Positions 1 to 8,861 of a stretch of 64,000 nt of DNA are shown piece after piece. The DNA is from Isurus oxyrinchus (lineage: Eukaryota): the NCBI GenBank assembly GCA_026770705.1, contig JANJGN010000014.1, forward strand, positions 18,042,001 through 18,106,000, given 5' to 3'. The position numbers and the translations under genes are program-made. Each line of letters opens with the position of its first letter. Positions within the stretch are counted from its first letter, which is position 1. The notes beneath the pieces are model-generated. The model saw nothing but the letters and a program-made list of their open reading frames with translations, was not told the origin of the DNA and searched no databases.

Positions 1-1
1 A

Positions 2-307
2 GATGGTCCAAGCTTCAAATGCTTCCAATAACTCATCCTTTTTATAAAACTTATCCAAAAATTGTAATAGAAGGGTCAACCCTTCTTCATTATCCAAGTC
101 ATCCACTTCCATTTCTGGAAATACTTTACTGCTAATCATTCTCTTTTCTGATAATGATAAAGCCAAGGGCATACCTTGCTCCTTCTGGGGTAAAGAGGTA
201 ACCAATGTCTACACTTCCACCTTGTTTTTCCATTGGCGATATGGTTCAGACTCAGAAAAAATTGGTGGCTAGCCAAAGGTTGAGATTTTGCACCACCCTT
301 CTGCCAT
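2..307 (-). pseudogene. Ty1/Copia (GalEa-like) gag N-terminus, decayed, runs off window start
   Basis: Manual translation from ATG at 307: MAEGWCKISTFG*PPIFSESEPYRQWKNKVEV*TLVTSLPQKEQGMPLALSLSE...KVFPEM...EEGLTLLLQFLDKFYKKDELLEAFEAW. The PP-F...Y--WK...QG-ALALSL...L--FLDK-Y-KD pattern recalls GalEa-type Copia Gag. Two in-frame stops. Confidence 0.7.
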
Positions 308-406
308 TCTGTAACTTAAATTGTCAGCAGCAATATGCTTCTTTTCCCTCAGAGCATTGAGACAAAAAACTTCATATGCAGCAATCTATCACCAAAGTTT
401 AAAGTT

Positions 407-421
407 CATCCTCTGCTACCA
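407..421 (-). promoter_or_regulatory. Primer-binding site complementary to initiator tRNA-Met
   Basis: Minus strand TGGTAGCAGAGGATG directly follows the LTR-terminal CA and matches the 3' end of eukaryotic tRNA-iMet (...CATCCTCTGCTACCA). Confidence 0.85.
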
Positions 422-666
422 TGTCATTCACAATAAGTGTTTATGGTGGAAGAATAAGTCCAAAGCTAGTCTTTTTCCATAAGTTGGTTTATTCTTGAGA
501 CAGCTCTTCAGTGTAACAGACTTCTGAATACCTCCCACCCCAGAGTGTTCCAGCTGTAGCAATTCATACTGTTTTGATGGGAGAACCAATGCCCATCACG
601 AGTTTTATCTAGCAATAGTCTTTAACAACGTGATTGCTATGCAATGTAATTACTGATACATTGACA
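422..666 (-). mobile_element. LTR of the Copia element
   Basis: Bounded by TGTCA (422) ... TGACA (662-666), abuts the PBS, and has AATAAA on the minus strand (tttatt near 488). Confidence 0.65.
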
Positions 667-879
667 CCCCACTCTCAGAACCTTTCCCCCCTCAAGTGGC
701 CCCATCAAAATTTTTCAATATCATAATTGGCGTTCACTATTTTTCTAGCGAATACCACTGATCTAGGTGGTGGAGGTTTTGGGTTTGAAAGAGGCTAGTG
801 AAGGAGGTTTTGATGAGCTTCTGCAGCGCATATTGTATATGGTACACACTGCTTCCGCTATGCACTAATATATAGTACT

Positions 880-1325
880 CTTATTGTAGAATAACATTGC
901 GAGATGCTTCAAAGGAGTGTTATCCAATGAAATTTGACAATGAGCCACATAAAGAGATATTAAGATAGGTCTTGGCCAAAGAGGTAGATTTTAAGGAGTG
1001 CCTTACATGAGGAGAGAGAGAGAGAGGGACAGAGACTGAGAGGTTTACGGAAGGAATTTCAGAGAACAGAGCCTTGGCAGTTGAAGGCATGGCCACCAAC
1101 AGTGGAGTGATTAAATTCAGAGGTGCAAAAGAGGGCAGAGCTGGAGGAATACAGTGTTCTTCAATGGATATAGGGCTGGAAGAGGTTATAGAGATAAGGA
1201 GGGGTGAAGCCATGGATGGATTTGAAAACAAGGATAAGAATTTTAAAATTGAGGTGTTGCTGTCCGAGGAGCCAAGGTAGGTCAGCGAGCAGAGGAGTGA
1301 CAGGTGAAAGGGACTTGGTGAGAAG
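880..1325 (-). mobile_element. L2 LINE 3' fragment
   Basis: ORF 1161..1472 contains HLNFKILILVFKSIHGFTPPYLYNLFQPY, a typical L2 ORF2 C-terminal motif. Confidence 0.7.
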
Positions 1326-1946
1326 GGAAACAGCCCATTCCATGCTAGAATAGGGCCTGGATAGCACAAGCTCTTGGGTCAAGTGCCAGGTATGAACATA
1401 CAAACATACGAATTTAGAGCAGGAGTAGGCCATTCGGTCCCTTGAGCCTGCTCTGCTATTTGATGAAGTCATGGCTGATCTGACTGTGTATTTTCCTGTC
1501 TACTTCCACACTCTTTGACTGCCTTGTTAGTCAAGAATCTATCTAACCCAGCCTTAAAAATAGTCAATGATTCTGCCTCCACTGCTCACTGGGGAAGAGA
1601 ATTCCATAGACAAATGACCTCTGAGAGAAAAAAATTCTCCCCATCTCCACCTTAAATGGGAGACCTCTTATTTTTAAACACATACTTCTTGTCTCTCCCA
1701 TAAGGGGAAACATCCTTTCAGCATCCACTCTGTCATGTCCACTCAGGATCTTATATGTTTCAATAAGATCCCCTCTCATTCTTCCAAATGTCAATGGATA
1801 CAGGCTCAACCTGTCCAACCTTCCCTCATAAAACAACTCCTTCATCTGAGGAATTAGCTGAGTGAACCTTCTCTGCACAGCTTCTATTGTAATTATATCC
1901 TTTCTTAAATAAGATGACCAAAACTGTACCCAGTACTCCAGGTGTG

Positions 1947-2062
1947 GGGTGGAATCTTACTCCCCCATCATGGCGAGGGTGGGGCTGCAAATGCAGCGAG
2001 CCATTCGAAAGCCCAGTGACTTCGGCAGGATGGTAAAAACCTGGCGCCGTGAAATTCCACCT
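1947..2062. mobile_element. MITE (Harbinger-like), 116 bp, inserted in CR1
   Basis: TIR GGTGGAAT...ATTCCACC; flanking GTG duplication at 1944-1946 and 2063-2065; removing it restores CR1 text cagtactccaggtgtggtctcacc. Confidence 0.75.
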
Positions 2063-2263
2063 GTGGTCTCACCAGCGCCCTCTACAACTATTGCAAAACT
2101 TCCCCACTTTTATATTCCATCTCCTTTGCAATAAACAACAACATTCCATTTGCCTTCCTCATCACTTGCTGTCCGCGCATTTTAACATTTTGTGATTCAT
2201 GTAACAGGACACTCAGATCGCTCTGTATTGTAGAGTTCTACAATCTCTCTTCATTTATATAAT

Positions 2264-2843
2264 GGACCGTAATTCCTTGGAGTGACAATCAGCGTTGGAT
2301 TGACACTCCGTGCCCAATTATTTCCTCTAAAGTTCTTCAGTGCCTGTCTTGCCTGACCTTCCGACTCAGGCTGGCTAGATCCAGGCAGCGCAGTCCAGCA
2401 CAGTCGGATTGAAGAAGGACATGTCCCCTTTTCTACGGCACTAGCTGCTGTAAACCAGGTAAGTCCAAATGTCCATTGAAATTGACAGGCCAGGGAGAAG
2501 GCAAGTGCCTAAGGTAAGTGGATAGGATTTGGTGGGGGGGGGGAAACAGAGGTCAGGGGTGGAGGTGGGTGTCTGGTCGGGTCGGGTGAGGGTCAGTACT
2601 ATGGGGGTGGAGGGATTGAATCGGTTCAGTTCATGTTGGGGGGGATTTCCATGGGGAGTCAGGTTTGTGATTTAAATTGCATTTTCGGAAGGTTCCCAGA
2701 GCAGGGCTATTGGCCAGAGGAAGTTTACACTTCTGGGCAATTGCCGTGCAAATCCTGACTTTTGAAGTGTTGAGTCAGATTCCCAAGCACATCTTTGGGG
2801 TACTCCCCGAATTCGATTCCGGGGAGCTCGGAAATTATGGCCC
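2264..2843. mobile_element. Non-autonomous DNA transposon (Harbinger-like), 580 bp, inserted in CR1
   Basis: Imperfect TIR GGACCGTAATTCC ... GGAAATTATGGCCC; AAT duplication at 2261-2263 and 2844-2846; CR1 sequence resumes after it. Confidence 0.7.
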
Positions 2844-3339
2844 AATGTACTGCTTTTCTATTATTCCTTACAAAATGGACAAGTTCCCATTTTCCCACAT
2901 TATACTCCAGCTTCCAGGATTTTGCCCACTCACTTAACCTATCTATATCCTTTTGCAGATTCCTTATGTCCTCCTCACAACTTAATCTCCTACCTATCTT
3001 GTGTCATGAGCAATTTTAGCTACCATACATTCAGTCTTTTCATCCAAGTCATTGCTTTAGATTGTGAATAGTTGAGGCCCTAGCACGGACCCCGTGGCAC
3101 TCCACTGGTGGCATCTTGCCAACTCAAAAATGACCCATTTGTCCCTACTCTCTGCTTCCTATTAGCTAACCAATCCCCTGTCCATGCTAATATGTTACCC
3201 CCTACACCATAAACTCTTACTTTGTGTAGTAAACTTTGATGTGGCACCTTGTGAAATGCCTTTTGGAAACCCGAATGCATCACATCTACATCTTCCCCTT
3301 TATCCATATTACATGTCCTCAAAGGACTCCAATACATAA

Positions 3340-3663
3340 GTCAAACATGAGTTCCCTCATCAATGCCTAGAAATGACCATCTCAAATGAAAAGAAAACAC
3401 ACAAGGACCCCTTCCCCTCATGTCAATCTTCACCACCACTAGCATTATTGAGACTCTCACCATCAACAGCTTGAAGGGCACTATAGACCAGAAATGTAAC
3501 CGGACCAACCATGTTAAAATTGTGACTGCAACACCAGGACAGAAGCTTGGCACTCTAGGATGAGTGGCTCATCTCCTGATGCCTGAAAGCCTCTCCACCA
3601 AGGCTCAAGTTGAGAATGTGATGAAATGCAATTGTAACAACAATTAACGAAACTTGTGACCAT
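3340..3663 (+). mobile_element. LINE RT C-terminal fragment (clade unresolved), continues at 9636
   Basis: Similar to the 22410-24022 family (T-L-K-L-D-T-I-Q region); homology continues at 9636 (ccatccagg...) after the LTR insertion. Confidence 0.55.
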
Positions 3664-4153
3664 AATTATGACCAAGTGAGTTCCAAATGGCTCCCCTCTT
3701 TGTCCTCTCCTTATTTGATGCAACAGGTTTTTTGTATGAAAAGGATATACTTGCCAATTCAGTGAGTACTTAACTGTTTACACGCCGGGATCATAAAAAC
3801 CAATAGGACAGTTTTTCTTGAGTGTAACAAAGAAAAAAGTTAGCTTTATTATACTTAAACTGATCTAAGTAAAATAATAAAATATGCACTGCCTTTCACA
3901 CACACACACACATACATTCAAAGTTCACTCACACACAAATACAGATTACAGAGTGGGAAAGGGTAGATTGGACACATTAGAGTCCATAAAGAAAAGTAAA
4001 AGAGTATAGAATCTGCAGTTTGGTGATTCAGCTTGTTTTAGGCTGAACATGATGGCCCCGATGCTTCCGATTTAAACATGTAGGTGGCTGAAACAAAAAC
4101 AGAATTACCTGGAAAAACTCAGCAGGTCTGGCAGCATCGGCGGAGAAGAAAAG

Positions 4154-4192
4154 AGTTGACGTTTCGAGTCTTCATGACCCTTCGACAGAACT
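4154..4192 (-). ncRNA. Minimal type I hammerhead ribozyme in Penelope 3' region (left arm)
   Basis: AGUU-CUGUCGA-A-GGGUC augaa GACUC-GAAAC-GUC-AACU: stem I AGUU/AACU, stem II GGGUC/GACUC, GAAAC followed by the GUC triplet. Confidence 0.75.
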
Positions 4193-4577
4193 TGATTTCG
4201 AGTCCAGGAAAGAGTTGAAATATAAGCTGGTTTAAGGTGTGTGTGTGTGGGGGGCGGAGAGAGAGAGAGAGACAGAGGTGCTTGTGTAGACAAACAAGCA
4301 GTGATAGAAGCAGATCATCAAAAGATGTCAGTGACAATGGTACAATAGAACACATAGGTGTTAAAGTTAAAGTTGGTGATATTATCTAAACGAATGTGCT
4401 AATTAAGAATGGATGGTAGGGCACTCAAGGTACAGCTCTAGTGGGGGTGGGGGGAGCATAAAAGATTTTAAAATATTTAAAAATAAGTGGGAAAAGAAAA
4501 ATCTGTAAAATTTATAGGGAAAAAAAAGGGGGAAAAAAAGGGGGAAACAGAAAGGGGGTGGGGATGGGGGAGGGAGC

Positions 4578-7355
4578 TCATGACCTAAAGTTATTGAATT
4601 CAATATTCAGACCGGAAGGCTGTAAGGTGCCTAGTCGGAAGATGAGGTGTTGTTCCTCCAGTTTGCGTTGGGCTTCACTGGAACAATGCAGTAAGCCAAG
4701 GACAGACATGTGGGCAAGAGAGCAGGGTGGAGTGTTAAAATGGCAAGCGACAGGGAGGTTTGGGTCATTCTTGCGGACAGACCGCAGGTGTTCTGCAAAG
4801 CAGTCGCCCAGTTTACGTTTGGTCTCTCCAATGTAGAGGAGACCACATTGGGAGCAACGAATGCAGTAGACTAAGTTGGGGGAAATGCAAGTGAAATGCT
4901 GCTTCACTTGAAAGGAGTGTTTGGGCCCTTGGACGGTGAGGAGAGAGGAAGTGAAGGGGCAGGTGTTACATCTTTTGCGTGGGCATGGGGTGGTGCCATA
5001 GGAGGGGGTTGAGGAGTAGGGGGTGATGGAGGAGTGGACCAGGGTGTCCCGGAGGGAGCGATCCCTACGGAATGCCGATAAGGGGGGTGAAGGGAAGATG
5101 TGTTTGGTGGTGGCATCATGCTGGAGTTGGCGGAAATGGCGGAGGATGATCCTTTGAATGCGGAGGCTGGTGGGGTGATAAGTGAGGACAAGGGGGACCC
5201 TATCATGTTTCTGGGAGGGAGGAGAAGGCGTGAGGGCGGATGCGCGGGAGATGGGCCAGACACGGTTGAGGGCCCTGTCAACGACCGTGGGTGGAAAACC
5301 TCGGTTAAGGAAGAAGGAGGACATGTCAGAGGAACCGTTTTTGAAGGTAGCATCATCGGAACAGATGCGACGAAGGCGAAGGAACTGGGAGAATGGGATG
5401 GAGTCCATACAGGAAGCGGGGTGTGAGGAGCTGTAGTCGAGGTAGCTGTGGGAGTCGGTGGGTTTGTAATGGATATTAGTGGACAGTCTATCACCAGAGA
5501 TTGAGACAGAGAGGTCAAGGAAGGGAAGGGAAGTGTCAGAGATGGACCACGTGAAAATGATGGAGGGGTGGAGATTGGAAGCAAAATTAATAAATTTTTC
5601 CAAGTCCCGACGAGAGCATGAAGCGGCACCGAAGTAATCATCGATGTACCGGAGAAAAAGTTGTGGAAGGGGGCCGGGGTAGGACTGCAACAAGGAATGT
5701 TCCACATATCCCATAAAGAGACAGGCATAGCTGGGGCCCATGCGGGTACCCATAGCCACACCTTTTATTTGGAGAAAGTGAGAGGAGTTGAAGGAGAAAT
5801 TGTTCAACGTGAGAACAAGTTCAGCCAGACGGAGGAGAGTAGTGGTGGATGGGGATTGTTCGGGCCTCTGTTCGAGGAAGAAGCTAAGGGCCCTCAGACC
5901 ATCCTGGTGGGGGATGGAGGTGTAGAGGGATTGGACGTCCATGGTGAAGAGGAAGCGGTTGGAGCCAGGGAACTGGAAATTGTTGATGTGACGTAAGGTG
6001 TCAGAGGAATCACGGATGTAGGTGGGAAGGGACTGGACAAGGGGAGAGAGAAGGGAGTCAAGATAACGAGAAATGAGTTCTGTGGGGCAGGAGCAAGCTG
6101 AGACGATCGGTCTACCGGGGCAGTCCTGTTTGTGGATTTTAGGTAGGAGATAGAAGCGGGCCGTCCGAGGTTGGGCGACTATCAGGTTGGAAGCTGTGGG
6201 AGGGAGATCCCCAGAGGAGATGAGGTCAGTGACAGTCCTGGAAACAATGGCTTGATGTTCAGTGGTGGGGTCATGGTCCAGGGAGAGGTAGGAGGAAGTG
6301 TCTGCGAGTTGACGCTCAGCCTCCGCGAGGTAGAGGTCAGTGCGCCAGACAACAACAGCACCACCCTTGTCAGCGGGTTTGATGACAATGTCAGGGTTGG
6401 ACCTGAGAGAATGGAGTGCAGTGAGTTCAGAGAGAGACAGGTTAGAATGGGTGAGAGGAGCAGAGAAATTGAGACGACTAATGTTGCGCCGACAGTTCTC
6501 AATGAAAAGATCAAGAGAAGGTAAGAATCCAGAGGGAGGGGTCCAGGTGGAGGGAGAATATTGGAGATGGGTAAAAGGATCTGTTGAACTGGGAGAGGAC
6601 TCCTGCCCAAAGAAGTGAGCCCGGAGACGAAGACGGCGAAAGAAGAGTTCAGTATCATGCCGAGCCCGAAATTCATTGAGGTGAGGGCGTAAGGGTATGA
6701 AACTAAGTCCTTTGCTGAGCAGTGAACGTTCAGCATCGGAGAGGGGAAGGTCAGGGGGTATAGTGAATACACGGCTGGGGCTGGGATTGGAAGATGGGGT
6801 GGGGACGGAGGGACAGGCTGGGGTGGAGGGTCCTAGATGGGTGTTGGTGTCGATGAGTTGTTGGAGCTTGCGTTCCTTAGCAGTTGAGAGAAAGAGAAAA
6901 AGTTTCTTGTTGAGGCGTCGGATGAGCCGAAGGATAAAATGAAACTGGGGGCACGCGCAGCTTTGAAAAAGGGTACGGCGGTGCTGCTGGAGGGAGAGGT
7001 CGAGTGTGTTCATATGGCGGCGCATGGCACTGAGTGTGGATTTCAGAATGTGACGGGAACAGCAGTCTGAGAAACGTTTTATGTCCCGGAGATACCGGTA
7101 ATCCTGGGTGGGTTCGAAAGATGAGGGGTGGAATTTCAGTTGAAATCCACGTGGGGTAAGTCGGAGACGGAGGCAGTCACTGAGAAAGGAGATTCTCACG
7201 TTCTCACGTTGAACAATTTCTCCTTCAACTCCTCTCACTTTCTCCAAATAAAAGGTGTGGCTATGGGTACCCGCATGGGCCCCAGCTATGCTTGTCTCTT
7301 TATGGGATATGTGGAACATTCCTTGTTGCAGTCCTACCCCGGCCCCCTTCCACAA
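4578..7355 (-). CDS. Penelope-like reverse transcriptase + GIY-YIG endonuclease. Genuine element sequence is about 7192-4578; the first ~54 codons are antisense of the other arm.
   Basis: PLE motifs LLSKGLSF-P, IKPADKGGAVV, LLPKIHK, GRPIVS, MDVQSLYTSIP, QIKGVAMG, RYIDD, PFLD; Cys linker CPRKRCNTC (Neptune hallmark); GIY-YIG NLVYCIRC..CGLLYIGET...EH; C-terminal PSGLN. Confidence 0.92.
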   Translation of the reverse strand: MWKGAGVGLQQGMFHISHKETSIAGAHAGTHSHTFYLEKVRGVEGEIVQRENVRISFLSDCLRLRLTPRGFQLKFHPSSFEPTQDYRYLRDIKRFSDCCSRHILKSTLSAMRRHMNTLDLSLQQHRRTLFQSCACPQFHFILRLIRRLNKKLFLFLSTAKERKLQQLIDTNTHLGPSTPACPSVPTPSSNPSPSRVFTIPPDLPLSDAERSLLSKGLSFIPLRPHLNEFRARHDTELFFRRLRLRAHFFGQESSPSSTDPFTHLQYSPSTWTPPSGFLPSLDLFIENCRRNISRLNFSAPLTHSNLSLSELTALHSLRSNPDIVIKPADKGGAVVVWRTDLYLAEAERQLADTSSYLSLDHDPTTEHQAIVSRTVTDLISSGDLPPTASNLIVAQPRTARFYLLPKIHKQDCPGRPIVSACSCPTELISRYLDSLLSPLVQSLPTYIRDSSDTLRHINNFQFPGSNRFLFTMDVQSLYTSIPHQDGLRALSFFLEQRPEQSPSTTTLLRLAELVLTLNNFSFNSSHFLQIKGVAMGTRMGPSYACLFMGYVEHSLLQSYPGPLPQLFLRYIDDYFGAASCSRRDLEKFINFASNLHPSIIFTWSISDTSLPFLDLSVSISGDRLSTNIHYKPTDSHSYLDYSSSHPASCMDSIPFSQFLRLRRICSDDATFKNGSSDMSSFFLNRGFPPTVVDRALNRVWPISRASALTPSPPSQKHDRVPLVLTYHPTSLRIQRIILRHFRQLQHDATTKHIFPSPPLSAFRRDRSLRDTLVHSSITPYSSTPSYGTTPCPRKRCNTCPFTSSLLTVQGPKHSFQVKQHFTCISPNLVYCIRCSQCGLLYIGETKRKLGDCFAEHLRSVRKNDPNLPVACHFNTPPCSLAHMSVLGLLHCSSEAQRKLEEQHLIFRLGTLQPSGLNIEFNNFRS

Positions 7356-8438
7356 CTTTTTCTCCGGTACATCGATGATTACTTCGGTGCTGCTTCATGC
7401 TCTCGTCGGGACTTGGAAAAATTTATTAATTTTGCTTCCAATCTCCACCCCTCCATCATTTTCACGTGGTCCATCTCTGACACTTCCCTTCCCTTCCTTG
7501 ACCTCTCTGTCTCAATCTCTGGTGATAGACTGTCCACTAATATCCATTACAAACCCACCGACTCCCACAGCTACCTCGACTACAGCTCCTCACACCCCGC
7601 TTCCTGTAAGGACTCCATCCCATTCTCCCAGTTCCTTCGCCTTCGTCGCATCTGTTCCGATGATGCTACCTTCAAAAACGGTTCCTCTGACATGTCCTCC
7701 TTCTTCCTTAACCGAGGTTTTCCACCCACGGTCGTTGACAGGGCCCTCAACCGTGTCTGGCCCATCTCCCGCGCATCCGCCCTCACGCCTTCTCCTCCCT
7801 CCCAGAAACATGATAGGGTCCCCCTTGTCCTCACTTATCACCCCACCAGCCTCCGCATTCAAAGGATCATCCTCCGCCATTTCCGCCAACTCCAGCATGA
7901 TGCCACCACCAAACACATCTTCCCTTCACCCCCCTTATCGGCATTCCGTAGGGATCGCTCCCTCCGGGACACCCTGGTCCACTCCTCCATCACCCCCTAC
8001 TCCTCAACCCCCTCCTATGGCACCACCCCATGCCCACGCAAAAGATGTAACACCTGCCCCTTCACTTCCTCTCTCCTCACCGTCCAAGGGCCCAAACACT
8101 CCTTTCAAGTGAAGCAGCATTTCACTTGCATTTCCCCCAACTTAGTCTACTGCATTCGTTGCTCCCAATGTGGTCTCCTCTACATTGGAGAGACCAAACG
8201 TAAACTGGGCGACTGCTTTGCAGAACACCTGCGGTCTGTCCGCAAGAATGACCCAAACCTCCCTGTCGCTTGCCATTTTAACACTCCACCCTGCTCTCTT
8301 GCCCACATGTCTGTCCTTGGCTTACTGCATTGTTCCAGTGAAGCCCAACGCAAACTGGAGGAACAACACCTCATCTTCCGACTAGGCACCTTACAGCCTT
8401 CCGGTCTGAATATTGAATTCAATAACTTTAGGTCATGA
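7128..8438 (+). CDS. 5'-truncated duplicate of the Penelope RT C-half + GIY-YIG (second arm)
   Basis: From VLTLNNFSFN onward it matches the C-terminal part of the 4578..7355 protein apart from rare substitutions (e.g. ASCKDS vs ASCMDS). It lacks the N-terminal RT motifs, so it is unlikely to be functional alone. Confidence 0.75.
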   Translation: MEFQLKSTWGKSETEAVTEKGDSHVLTLNNFSFNSSHFLQIKGVAMGTRMGPSYACLFMGYVEHSLLQSYPGPLPQLFLRYIDDYFGAASCSRRDLEKFINFASNLHPSIIFTWSISDTSLPFLDLSVSISGDRLSTNIHYKPTDSHSYLDYSSSHPASCKDSIPFSQFLRLRRICSDDATFKNGSSDMSSFFLNRGFPPTVVDRALNRVWPISRASALTPSPPSQKHDRVPLVLTYHPTSLRIQRIILRHFRQLQHDATTKHIFPSPPLSAFRRDRSLRDTLVHSSITPYSSTPSYGTTPCPRKRCNTCPFTSSLLTVQGPKHSFQVKQHFTCISPNLVYCIRCSQCGLLYIGETKRKLGDCFAEHLRSVRKNDPNLPVACHFNTPPCSLAHMSVLGLLHCSSEAQRKLEEQHLIFRLGTLQPSGLNIEFNNFRS

Positions 8439-8822
8439 GCTCCCTCCCCCATCCCCACCCCCTTTCTGTTTCCCCCTTTTTTTCCCCCTTTTTTTCCCTA
8501 TAAATTTTACAGATTTTTCTTTTCCCACTTATTTTTAAATATTTTAAAATCTTTTATGCTCCCCCCACCCCCACTAGAGCTGTACCTTGAGTGCCCTACC
8601 ATCCATTCTTAATTAGCACATTCGTTTAGATAATATCACCAACTTTAACTTTAACACCTATGTGTTCTTTTGTCCCATTGTCACTGACATCTTTTGATGA
8701 TCTGCTTCTATCACTGCTTGTTTGTCTACACAAGCACCTCTGTCTCTCTCTCTCTCTCCGCCGCCCCCCCACCCACACCTTAAACCAGCTTATATTTCAA
8801 CTCTTTCCTGGACTCGAAATCA

Positions 8823-8861
8823 AGTTCTGTCGAAGGGTCATGAAGGCTCGAAACGTCAACT
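8823..8861 (+). ncRNA. Minimal type I hammerhead ribozyme in Penelope 3' region (right arm)
   Basis: AGUU-CUGUCGA-A-GGGUC augaa GGCUC-GAAAC-GUC-AACU; stem II is kept through a G-U wobble. Confidence 0.75.

Larger units (their letters stand above)
1390..3335 (-). mobile_element. CR1 LINE 3' portion (RT C-terminus + 3' UTR), interrupted by two MITEs
   Basis: ORFs with FQKAFHKVPH, WLANRKQRV, SGVPRG and QRRFTQLIP...RMRGDLIETYKIL; CR1-type 3' tail near 1390-1480. Confidence 0.85.

Noticed and set aside
4578-7355. Telomerase, group II intron or retron RT
   Set aside because: The C-terminal GIY-YIG, Cys linker, hammerhead tail and TSD identify a Penelope-like element.
4904-8112. Mirror-image 285-aa, 108-aa, 92-aa and 84-aa ORF pairs
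   Set aside because: These are alternative-frame and antisense by-products of the Penelope ORF duplicated by the inversion.
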